From the sequence record PV261925.1: a stretch of DNA of 64,000 bases; one strand, written 5' to 3'. The translations under genes were made by a program, and so were the position numbers. This document shows, in pieces, positions 1 to 7,395 of this stretch. How positions within the stretch are numbered: position 1 is the stretch's first letter; each line of letters begins with the position of its first letter. Under the pieces are notes generated by a model that saw nothing but the letters and a program-made list of their open reading frames with translations, was not told the DNA's origin and did no database searches.

Positions 1-2
1 GT

Positions 3-31
3 AGTATAAGGGTTTTGACCTTGTGAGTCAA
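3..31 (-). promoter_or_regulatory. sigma70-like promoter TTGACT-N17-TATACT (target lies left of the window)
   Basis: Minus strand reads TTGACT (31-26), 17-nt spacer, TATACT (8-3). Confidence 0.6.
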
Positions 32-33
32 GA

Positions 34-53
34 GGACAGTAATTAAACTGTCC
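34..53. repeat. perfect inverted repeat GGACAGT-N6-ACTGTCC just 3' of the tRNA(CAT)
   Basis: ggacagt 34-40 and actgtcc 47-53; could be a terminator or a protein-binding palindrome. Confidence 0.55.
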
Positions 54-55
54 AA

Positions 56-128
56 TGGGGGATGTGGGGATCGAACCCACCTTTCTCCTGTTATGAGCAG
101 GGTGCTTTCACCAGAGAGCTAAACCCCC
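56..128 (-). tRNA. tRNA with CAT anticodon (elongator Met or lysidine-Ile2)
   Basis: Cloverleaf GGGGGTTTAGCTC...CCTG-CTCATAA-CAGG...GTGGG-TTCGATC-CCCAC; G1-C72 paired and no three G-C pairs in the anticodon stem, so not an initiator; CCA not encoded. Confidence 0.9.
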
Positions 129-132
129 AAGG

Positions 133-204
133 TAGGACTGCTGGGAATTGAACCCAGGTCACACCGTTATAAGCAGTGGGCCTTAACCGTTAGGCGACAG
201 TCCC
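133..204 (-). tRNA. tRNA-Ile(TAT)
   Basis: GGGACTG acceptor stem, anticodon arm CACTG-CTTATAA-CGGTG, T arm CTGGG-TTCAATT-CCCAG. Confidence 0.9.
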
Positions 205-377
205 TAGGGAGCTTCGTTATTATTATTTGTATACATGTCTATTAAAGGATCATCTGCTGGTATCATTACTGCAGCAGATCCATTCTCATTAACTATCCCT
301 ATATGTTCTCCATCTTCTACTCTTTGTATCAGTTCATCCCATCTCTCTTGAAATTCTTGCACCGTGAAGACTTCCAT
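204..377 (-). CDS. 57-aa Phd/YefM antitoxin-like protein (not in the ORF track)
   Basis: Manual translation MEVFTVQEFQERWDELIQRVEDGEHIGIVNENGSAAVMIPADDPLIDMYTNNNNEAP*; fits the Phd pattern (short strand, helix, v..Ge.i.I..ng..avlvp). Confidence 0.65.
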   Translation of the reverse strand: MEVFTVQEFQERWDELIQRVEDGEHIGIVNENGSAAVMIPADDPLIDMYTNNNNEAP

Positions 378-412
378 AATTGATAATATTTAGTGGGGGA
401 TTGGTTACCCAA

Positions 413-486
413 TCGGAATGACAGGATTCGAACCTGCGACCCCTGCTTCCCAAAAGCAGTGCTCTACCAAACTGAGCTACATTCCG
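413..486 (-). tRNA. tRNA-Pro(TGG)
   Basis: CGGAATG/CATTCCG acceptor, CTGCT-TTTGGGA-AGCAG anticodon arm, GGTTCGAATCC T loop. Confidence 0.95.
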
Positions 487-573
487 TGGCGGAAAGGGTG
501 GGATTCGAACCCACGGTGCTACTAACACGACAGTTTTCAAGACTGTTGCCTTAAACCACTCGGCCACCTTTCC
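487..573 (-). tRNA. tRNA-Ser(TGA), CCA encoded
   Basis: GGAAAGG acceptor, ACAGT-CTTGAAA-ACTGT anticodon arm, long variable arm, ends GCCA. Confidence 0.95.
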
Positions 574-586
574 GTGTGTCTTATCT

Positions 587-614
587 ATCATACCACATCT
601 AGTGTGGTTGTCAA
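587..614 (-). promoter_or_regulatory. sigma70-like promoter for tRNA-Ser/Pro
   Basis: TTGACA (614-609), 16-nt spacer containing a CCACA/TGTGG hairpin, extended -10 TGGTATGAT (-10 at 592-587). Confidence 0.6.
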
Positions 615-1168
615 GTATAAGTATATGCGATTGTCATTCTTGGATGTTTACTTAGAACATTGGGAGCAAACCCCATGTGTTCCAAATGTGCAGGGAATAA
701 CACTGCGTCGTTAGGAATGAATGATTGATAAAGATATTCTTTGTCTTCAGTCATTACAACAAACTCACCTCCCCATACACTATTCCAAGAAGGATTCGCA
801 AAAATTAAAAGAGTCCAACTTCCAAATGAGCCATCAGTATGAAAGGTAGACTCTTGACCAAAAAACTGAATGTTGGTATTAACTCTATTTAATGTCAGAT
901 TTTGTTTGATAATTTTCTGACACTGATACTTGAGTAGAGTACCATACTTAATCAGTGTAAGGTTATCACCAATGGTATTGAATTTTGATAATGGTTTCAT
1001 CAAACATCCCATATTGGGATGGTCTTCCTCATAACTATCGTTCTTGGTGAATCTCCAGGTATTGTATTTTGAATCCAGTTCGTCGTTCAGTAAAAAGAAA
1101 TCCTTTGTATCAAGTATGTTCTTAATACGATAGATGTTATCTTTGACTTCAACGAACCTCAAAATCAA
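611..1168 (-). CDS. 2OG-Fe(II) oxygenase superfamily protein
   Basis: HxD (FHTDG), W..vWGGE, distal His (HLEHMG) and R-x-T (PRMTIA) motifs of the prolyl-hydroxylase-like fold. Confidence 0.8.
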   Translation of the reverse strand: MILRFVEVKDNIYRIKNILDTKDFFLLNDELDSKYNTWRFTKNDSYEEDHPNMGCLMKPLSKFNTIGDNLTLIKYGTLLKYQCQKIIKQNLTLNRVNTNIQFFGQESTFHTDGSFGSWTLLIFANPSWNSVWGGEFVVMTEDKEYLYQSFIPNDAVLFPAHLEHMGFAPNVLSKHPRMTIAYTYT

Positions 1169-1397
1169 GTCTCCTCACTTTTCTTTTTCTCCTCTCTTCC
1201 TGATAGGAGAGATCAGAGTTACTAAGGAAACTTTTTGGAATTGTTTCCTTATTGGATTCTACCATCACTACTTTAGACAAGTCAACTGCAGTAACCTTGT
1301 CTTCAATTACCGTCATCATATTGGGACAACCACAACAATGTGTGTGATGGTCACTTCGGATTTCTTTGTTACACTGTTTGCATCTTACAGTAATCAT
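1149..1397 (-). CDS. small Cys-rich (Zn-ribbon-like) hypothetical protein
   Basis: CKQC...HCCGCPN; resembles a conserved cyanophage ORF. Confidence 0.75.
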   Translation of the reverse strand: MITVRCKQCNKEIRSDHHTHCCGCPNMMTVIEDKVTAVDLSKVVMVESNKETIPKSFLSNSDLSYQEERRKRKVRRLDFEVR

Positions 1398-1419
1398 GGG
1401 TCATGTTTGTAATTCGATA

Positions 1420-1491
1420 TGGGAGTTACAAGATTCGAACTTGTGACCAATTGCGTGTAAAGCAACTGCGCTACCGCTGCGCTAAACTCCC
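1420..1491 (-). tRNA. tRNA-Val(TAC)
   Basis: GGGAGTT/AACTCCC acceptor, GTTGC-TTTACAC-GCAAT anticodon arm. Confidence 0.93.
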
Positions 1492-1497
1492 TCAAGG

Positions 1498-1579
1498 TGG
1501 GTGGTCTTGGATTTGAACCAAGGTAGGCAGAGCCAATGGATTTACAGTCCATCTCCTTTAACCACTCGGACAACCACCC
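1498..1579 (-). tRNA. tRNA-Tyr(GTA)
   Basis: GGGTGGT/ACCACCC acceptor, ATGGA-CTGTAAA-TCCAT anticodon arm, long variable arm. Confidence 0.95.
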
Positions 1580-1582
1580 TAA

Positions 1583-1655
1583 CTGACCCACCAGGGCTCG
1601 AACCTGGGACAGGCTGATTAACAGTCAGCTGCTCTACCAACTGAGCTATAGGTCA
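1583..1655 (-). tRNA. tRNA-Asn(GTT)
   Basis: TGACCTA/TGGGTCA acceptor, GCTGA-CTGTTAA-TCAGC anticodon arm, G73. Confidence 0.95.
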
Positions 1656-1846
1656 TTGGATTTTTCCTCTTTGGCGGTCTTGAAGTAAAGTTTGTAATAC
1701 CGTTGTTTCATTTCTGAAATGGTATTCATGTCCTCTTCGTACCCCATGTATTTAAGGAGTTGAAAAGAACCCTCAAGTTCACTGATCAATCTTAACATAT
1801 TGATTGAAGATCTGTCAAGACCTCCAAACTCATACTCTTTACTCAT
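1646..1846 (-). CDS. 66-aa hypothetical protein (start reassigned to MSKEYEF)
   Basis: The track ORF 1646..1996 runs through tRNA-Thr/Ala; the plausible start is the ATG at 1846, preceded by GGAGG. Confidence 0.75.
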   Translation of the reverse strand: MSKEYEFGGLDRSSINMLRLISELEGSFQLLKYMGYEEDMNTISEMKQRYYKLYFKTAKEEKSNDL

Positions 1847-1862
1847 AAACCTCCTAGGAGGA

Positions 1863-1935
1863 TGGAGAATAGGAGACTCGAACTCCTGACAGCCTGCTTG
1901 CAAAGCAGGTGCTCTACCAACTGAGCTAATTCCCC
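1863..1935 (-). tRNA. tRNA-Ala(TGC)
   Basis: GGGGAAT/ATTCTCC acceptor with G3-U70, CCTGC-TTTGCAA-GCAGG anticodon arm. Confidence 0.95.
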
Positions 1936-2010
1936 TGGAGCCTCTGACAAGATTTGAACTTGCGACCTGAGCTTTACAAAAGCCCTGCTCTACCACTGAG
2001 CTACGGAGGC
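1936..2010 (-). tRNA. tRNA-Thr(TGT), CCA encoded
   Basis: GCCTCCG acceptor, GGGCT-TTTGTAA-AGCTC anticodon arm, ends TCCA. Confidence 0.95.
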
Positions 2011-2222
2011 ATGGGTGGGTAGAAGGATTACATTATACCTTCAACAGAGGGGTCTCACTAATGTTAATGATACCTCTGAACTTTCAGGACCCTTGGTATG
2101 GGTTCTCATGCCTCCTGTCTCCAGGTCACATGGTGGCCACCACAGCCTTCCTTACTATACAATGTTGGGTGCTTGACCACACCAACTTTTCTGTCATACC
2201 CTATGGAGATGATCAATCTCCA
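2011..2222 (-). ncRNA. about 210-nt structured RNA between tRNA-Arg and tRNA-Thr, manA-RNA-motif-like
   Basis: Multiple stems: GGAGAT/ATCTCC, long-range GGTATG/CATACC, GTTGG/CCAAC, TGGTG/CACCA, CTGAA/TTCAG, AGAGG/CCTCT, GAAGG/CCTTC. No convincing ORF. Family name is from recollection that manA RNAs occur beside cyanophage tRNAs. Confidence 0.55.
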
Positions 2223-2223
2223 A

Positions 2224-2297
2224 CGACTCAAGTAGGATTCGAACCTACGACCGACTGCTTAGAAGGCAGTTGCTCTATCCAGCTGAGCTATTGAGTC
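2224..2297 (-). tRNA. tRNA-Arg(TCT)
   Basis: GACTCAA/TTGAGTC acceptor, ACTGC-CTTCTAA-GCAGT anticodon arm. Confidence 0.95.
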
Positions 2298-2300
2298 AAG

Positions 2301-2344
2301 TGGTAGTTCCTATCGCCTCTAACCCTGAACTACCAAGGGGGTTA
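2301..2344 (-). other. compact H-type pseudoknot candidate
   Basis: TAACCC pairs with GGGTTA; TGGTAGTTC pairs with GAACTACCA; the two stems are interleaved. Confidence 0.45.
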
Positions 2345-2350
2345 CAGCAG

Positions 2351-2743
2351 TCAACGGAACTGGTTATTACCTGTTCCAGAGTTCCAACCACCTGGACCTT
2401 CATGGAAGTTCTCAGAACCTCCTTGTGTCTCTTTGACAGTGTTCCAGTTCTTAGTCGCCAATTCATACATCTCTTGATGAATGTTTGGTGACTCGACCTG
2501 GTGGGTGGTCTCCCTCTCGACCTTCTTATTATGGTCGATCTCCTTCTGTTTGTCAAGGGCTTTTTTGGTGAGGACTGGTTTTCCAAACCAAGGATCCTCA
2601 GGAAGAATGACAGGTGCAGGAACAGACCTGAAGGTTGCAATAGGTTTCTTTACCTTACTGACAACCTTTTTAATAATACCTTCACTTTTAGGAATAAAGA
2701 TATTATAGATTGATTTGAGTTTAGTCTTAATCTTCTTAATCAT
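2351..2743 (-). CDS. hypothetical protein
   Basis: 130-aa ORF; 4-nt overlap with the upstream gene; cyanophage-like C-terminal GPGGW motif. Confidence 0.75.
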   Translation of the reverse strand: MIKKIKTKLKSIYNIFIPKSEGIIKKVVSKVKKPIATFRSVPAPVILPEDPWFGKPVLTKKALDKQKEIDHNKKVERETTHQVESPNIHQEMYELATKNWNTVKETQGGSENFHEGPGGWNSGTGNNQFR

Positions 2744-3345
2744 ACCAAAATCATTCGTTTAGTGTAGTCATATGCATAGTGTTCACGGTATCCCTTGATA
2801 CCCCAACCCAACCAGTAGTAGGAGGGTACCATGTATTGTCTCACAGTTAGACCACCACCTTCGAACTCAGGTAGCACCTTTTGGAACTGGCTCTCGTTCA
2901 CCATGTAACGAACCTGACAGTCTAGTTCACTCGGGTTACATTTATATTTAGCGGCAAAGTTTCCGAGACCACGATAACGACCAATAGAAGTCCATTGAAT
3001 CAGACCATAACCACCAGCATGACACTGGTTATAATTTACTCTTGCACCACCTTCACAGATGTTAGGATGAAAGTTACTTTCTGACCTGATGTTACCCATG
3101 ATCGTTGCAAGTGCATTACGATCAGTGATACGAGTCTGTTCTTGAAGTTGTGCGAGAACATATCTCTCATTAGGACTGCAATCAGGACAATCCCATGTCT
3201 TCCTTACAACTTCGATGGGAACAGCCTTCTCTTCATTCACAGTCACATCCACAGATGGTGGATTTTTAATCTCATCAGTTGTGGCATATGCACAAGCCGA
3301 AGGAATAATAGTTGCCAATGCAAATGGAAGAAGTTTTTTAAACAT
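2740..3345 (-). CDS. phage tail-type lysozyme / cell-wall hydrolase domain protein with signal peptide
   Basis: ALATIMGNIRSESNF and GYGLIQWT motifs; hydrophobic N-terminus from MFKKLLP (start moved to 3345). Confidence 0.75.
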   Translation of the reverse strand: MFKKLLPFALATIIPSACAYATTDEIKNPPSVDVTVNEEKAVPIEVVRKTWDCPDCSPNERYVLAQLQEQTRITDRNALATIMGNIRSESNFHPNICEGGARVNYNQCHAGGYGLIQWTSIGRYRGLGNFAAKYKCNPSELDCQVRYMVNESQFQKVLPEFEGGGLTVRQYMVPSYYWLGWGIKGYREHYAYDYTKRMILV

Positions 3346-3394
3346 TAAATTAAATAGAATTCGACATTCACCTCCCATCAAAGATTTGGGTGAC

Positions 3395-3817
3395 TCAAAA
3401 ATAATCCTTGCGGTAATATCGACCAAGGATGTTGGAATTGTAGTACAAGGGTGTCTCATCTGTCAACCTTTGAGACAGGACTTCATTGAGGAACAATTGT
3501 CTGGTCTCCTCAAAATTAACCTTTCCCTTCGTACTATGTAGGGACAAAATCTTACGAGAAAATTTATCCTTGCCCAGAAGAGTAACATCCTCCTTTAGTT
3601 CTGGACAAGATCCATAATATTTTTTCCAGTCAGATTCTGACTTTACTTTTCTACTCTTACCTTTTGGTTTTCTAAACGACCAAAAATACTTTCTACCAAT
3701 GTAACACCGCTCGTTGACGTTATTGGTAATGAGATAAACAAAGCCAAAGTTGTCCCCAATAGAATCAGAGGTAAAGGGTTTACCTTCAAAGTACCAGGGG
3801 TTCTCGTAGTCACACAC
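3395..3817 (-). CDS. GIY-YIG family nuclease
   Basis: GFVYLITN...YIGRK, YYGS, conserved Glu (NFEET) and YN; the type usually found next to nrdB in T4-like cyanophages. Confidence 0.8.
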   Translation of the reverse strand: MCDYENPWYFEGKPFTSDSIGDNFGFVYLITNNVNERCYIGRKYFWSFRKPKGKSRKVKSESDWKKYYGSCPELKEDVTLLGKDKFSRKILSLHSTKGKVNFEETRQLFLNEVLSQRLTDETPLYYNSNILGRYYRKDYF

Positions 3818-3958
3818 TCAGTCTTCTTCATAGTCCTGAAATATGTAGTCATCAATTTTTTTGGCTTTGATTTCTCTACAATATTGGATGTAAAGTCCTA
3901 TTGCGTAATCATTCCAATCATCAAAGCTTGAATCCTGAGAATGTGTCTTTCTTGACAT
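3818..3958 (-). CDS. 46-aa acidic hypothetical protein (not in the ORF track)
   Basis: MSRKTHSQDSSFDDWNDYAIGLYIQYCREIKAKKIDDYIFQDYEED*; fills the nrdB-GIY-YIG gap, and its stop abuts the next GTG. Confidence 0.45.
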   Translation of the reverse strand: MSRKTHSQDSSFDDWNDYAIGLYIQYCREIKAKKIDDYIFQDYEED

Positions 3959-5114
3959 CTTGTTTGATACCACCAACCACGTAGCTCTCTACCTCCGTCT
4001 CCTGCGGTGCGACTTGAAGACCCTTAGAAGAGATCCAATGTTGTGTCCAAGGGAGAGGATTGTTCTTTGCGGCGACATCGTACACAGGCTTAAGACCAAT
4101 TGCTTTCATTCTGCGATTGGCAACCCACTCAACATACTTCTTCAGAAGTGTGTCATTCAAACCAATCATACTTCCATCTCTGAAGAGATAGTCAGCCCAT
4201 CTCTTCTCTTCGTTGACAGCCTTGTCAAACATGGCATACAACCACTCTTCTTCTTCCTTCATGATCTGTTGCATCTCAGGATCATCACCTGATCTCCACT
4301 TGTTCAGGATGTTCTGAGTGATGGCAAGGTGCTGATTTTCATCTCTTGCAATCAGGGAGATGATCTTTGCTGATCCCTCCATGAGTTTGAGTTCACCAAA
4401 GGCGAAACTACAAGCAAAACTAACGTAGAACCTAATACCCTCAAGAATGTTAACGTTTGCAACTGCTCTGAACAATTTACGTTTGACATCTTTGATTTCC
4501 CATTTAGATGATGGTGATTGACGGAAGTCTTCCTTCCACATATTACCATTACCCCATTGTTGGGCACTGTTGATAAAGTCATCATATGACTCAGTGACAC
4601 TCTTGGCACGTTCAAGAATTCTCTCGTCGGTGATGATGTGATCAAAAATATCTGATGGATCAGGGTAGATATTTTTGATGATGTATGTGTAAGAGCGACT
4701 ATGGATCATCTCCATAAATCCCCAGACTTCCATACATGCTTCAAGTTCAGGAAGAGAACAGTAGGGAATGAATGCCATCCCTGGTCCTCTACCCTGAATT
4801 GAATCCAACATAATCTGATACTTCAGGTTAGAAGTATAGATGTGTTTCTGTTCTGGTCTGAGTAATTGATAGTCTGCTCTGTCCTTTTGAAGGGAGACCT
4901 CCTCAGGTCTCCAGAAATATCCGAGTTGTTGTGTTGTCAGTTTTTCAAAGACTGGATACTTGTAAGAATCGTATCTTTGAACTCCCAACGGTTTTCCAAA
5001 AAACATTGGTTGTTTTTTAGAGTCATGGACTTCGGTGTTGAATACCGTCATCCTATCCACCTTATCCATCGTAACATTATCCACCGATGAAACCTTAAAC
5101 TGCACAGGATTCAC
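3921..5114 (-). CDS. nrdB: ribonucleotide reductase class Ia beta subunit
   Basis: FWRPEEV, EMIHSRSY (iron ligand and Tyr radical), LEGIRFYVSF, RDENQH, PQETEVESY. Confidence 0.98.
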   Translation of the reverse strand: MNPVQFKVSSVDNVTMDKVDRMTVFNTEVHDSKKQPMFFGKPLGVQRYDSYKYPVFEKLTTQQLGYFWRPEEVSLQKDRADYQLLRPEQKHIYTSNLKYQIMLDSIQGRGPGMAFIPYCSLPELEACMEVWGFMEMIHSRSYTYIIKNIYPDPSDIFDHIITDERILERAKSVTESYDDFINSAQQWGNGNMWKEDFRQSPSSKWEIKDVKRKLFRAVANVNILEGIRFYVSFACSFAFGELKLMEGSAKIISLIARDENQHLAITQNILNKWRSGDDPEMQQIMKEEEEWLYAMFDKAVNEEKRWADYLFRDGSMIGLNDTLLKKYVEWVANRRMKAIGLKPVYDVAAKNNPLPWTQHWISSKGLQVAPQETEVESYVVGGIKQDVKKDTFSGFKL

Positions 5115-7395
5115 ACTCTCCCTCCTCTACTGATTCTAATTCTTCTAACAAATTATTGAGGTCCGACTTCTCTTCTACTACTTCATCCGTCTTGATGTCG
5201 TAGGTGTTCTGGTAATAAGAAGTCTTCCAACCATACTTATATGTAGTCAGAAGGTCATTTGCCATCTGAGAAACAGGGACCTCATTGTCAGGATAGTTCT
5301 CTGGATTGTAACTCCAGTTACCAGAAATGGCTTGGTCAAAGAACTTCTGCATGACAGACACCACGTTAATGTATCCCTGGTTACTTTTCATCTCCCAGAG
5401 GAGAGTATAATTATTTTTAAGCGTTTGATAAGACGGGACAATTTGTTTAAGGGGGCCCTTCTTGCTCTTCTTAATGGACAGATAGTCTCTAGGTGGCTCA
5501 ATTCCATTTGTTGCGTTTGACACAACGGAACTGCTCTCCGATGGCATCTGAGCAGACAGTGTTGAGTGCCGTAGTCCGTGGGTGGTGATAGATGCTCTAA
5601 GACCTTCCCAATCATGTGTAAGCTCCTGTGTAGAAATCTCATCGACATCCTTCTTGTACGTGTCGATAGGAAGGATCCCATCAGAGTACTTAGTTCTACC
5701 AAAGTATTCACAGTGTCCCTTTTCTTTGGCAATTTCATTGGACGATTTGAGAAGGTAATACTGGAAGGACTCAGACAATCCATGAACTGCATCCCATGCC
5801 TCTTGGGAGTCATAGCTATACCCTAACTTGGCCAGATAGTGTGCAAGTCCAATGAACCCTACTCCAAGGGACCTACGGGCCTTTGTGGCGATCTCAGCCA
5901 CCTTAACAGGATACTCCTGGTAGTCAATCAATTCTTCAAGACCACGAACTGACAGGTCACACAGATCCTCCAGTTCCTCATCAGACTTGATCTTACCTAC
6001 GTTGACCGCAGACAGAATACACAGAGCAATCTCACCTGGCATCTCCTCATCGATATGACTCAGTGGTTCTGTAGGAAGAGTAATTTCCTGACACAGATTA
6101 CTCATTGTCACACGATCCTTGAAGGAAGAGTGAGAATTACAATGGTCGATGTTCATGATATAGATACGACCAGTCTCTGCTCTCTCTTTTAAGAGATCCA
6201 GAATGAGTTCTTGAGCTCCAACAGTTTTTCTTGGTACAGACTTATCTTGTTCATAACCCACATAGAGATCGTCAAATCGATCAGTACCAAAAGCATCATA
6301 GAGACCTGGCGTGTCATGCGGTGAGAATAAGCTAATCTCTCCATCCGCAATGAAACGTTCGTAGAAAATCTTTGATAGTTGGATTGAATAGTCAAGTTTA
6401 CGTACCCTATTATCTTCCGTTCCTTTGTTGTTCTTGAGAACTAGGATGTCTTCGATTTCTTGGTGCCAGATTGGGAAGTGGACAGTTGCGCTTCCACCTC
6501 GAATGCCATTTTGAGTGCAGCATCTGACAGTTGCCTCAAACTTTTTGAGGAATGGTACAACACCTGTGTGTTGAACTTCTCCACCTCTGATTTTAGCGTT
6601 GATACCACGGATTCTGCCTGCGTTGATACCGATACCCGCCCTTTGTGCAACGTATCTGCCGATAGCCATATCAGAACTAAAGATGCTATCGAGGGAGTCA
6701 TCAACATCAACAAGAACACAGCTAGCAAATTGTCGAAGTGGAGTTCGCACTCCTGCCATGATAGGTGTGGGAATGTTGATTCGGTGTCTGGAGATTGCGT
6801 CGTAGTATCTTTTGACATAAGACAGTCGAGTTTCTTTAGGATATTCCTGGAAGATAGTCAGGGCGATCATGATATACATGAACTGTGGAGTCTCGTAGAC
6901 CTGACCAGTACTTCTATCCTGTACTAGGTATTTATCCACAACCTGCCTCAAACCAGCATAGGTGAACAGGTAGTCACGATGATGGTCGATGTATGACTCA
7001 GCCTTCTGAATCTCTTCAATAGAGTACTTAGTGAAGATCCCTTTGTCATACACACCCTCATAGGCAAGTCTCTGGATGTGATCGACGAGAGATGGCATCT
7101 CATGCATCTTGCCAAAGAGTTGCTTCCTGATTGCAAACAGAAGGAGACGTGCAGCAACAAACTGATAATTGGGATGATCCAGATCAATCAAGTCAGACGC
7201 ACTCTTGATAAGAATCTCTTGGATCTCTTGAGTGGTAATACCATCATAGAACTGAATACCAGAAGTCATCTCAACCTGACTTGCAGATACACCAGCCAAA
7301 CCACTGGTTGCTTCATCAACCATCTTGTGCATCTTGTCCAGGTCCAGTTTCTCTACCGAACCATTTCTCTTAGTAACTTTCAATCCGTTGCTCAT
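5095..7395 (-). CDS. nrdA: ribonucleotide reductase class Ia alpha subunit
   Basis: N-terminal ATP cone (VTKRNG), PTPIMAG, ASCVL, SNLCQEI, KTSYY, C-terminal CESCAV. Confidence 0.98.
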   Translation of the reverse strand: MSNGLKVTKRNGSVEKLDLDKMHKMVDEATSGLAGVSASQVEMTSGIQFYDGITTQEIQEILIKSASDLIDLDHPNYQFVAARLLLFAIRKQLFGKMHEMPSLVDHIQRLAYEGVYDKGIFTKYSIEEIQKAESYIDHHRDYLFTYAGLRQVVDKYLVQDRSTGQVYETPQFMYIMIALTIFQEYPKETRLSYVKRYYDAISRHRINIPTPIMAGVRTPLRQFASCVLVDVDDSLDSIFSSDMAIGRYVAQRAGIGINAGRIRGINAKIRGGEVQHTGVVPFLKKFEATVRCCTQNGIRGGSATVHFPIWHQEIEDILVLKNNKGTEDNRVRKLDYSIQLSKIFYERFIADGEISLFSPHDTPGLYDAFGTDRFDDLYVGYEQDKSVPRKTVGAQELILDLLKERAETGRIYIMNIDHCNSHSSFKDRVTMSNLCQEITLPTEPLSHIDEEMPGEIALCILSAVNVGKIKSDEELEDLCDLSVRGLEELIDYQEYPVKVAEIATKARRSLGVGFIGLAHYLAKLGYSYDSQEAWDAVHGLSESFQYYLLKSSNEIAKEKGHCEYFGRTKYSDGILPIDTYKKDVDEISTQELTHDWEGLRASITTHGLRHSTLSAQMPSESSSVVSNATNGIEPPRDYLSIKKSKKGPLKQIVPSYQTLKNNYTLLWEMKSNQGYINVVSVMQKFFDQAISGNWSYNPENYPDNEVPVSQMANDLLTTYKYGWKTSYYQNTYDIKTDEVVEEKSDLNNLLEELESVEEGECESCAV

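Noticed and set aside
334-591. 85-aa ORF in the track
   Set aside because: It is a read-through of tRNA-Ser and tRNA-Pro; the real ORF nearby is 204-377 in another frame.
1394-1591. 65-aa ORF in the track
   Set aside because: It lies almost entirely over tRNA-Tyr and tRNA-Val.
1847-1996. N-terminal extension of ORF 1646..1996
   Set aside because: It overlaps tRNA-Thr and tRNA-Ala; an RBS-supported ATG lies at 1846.
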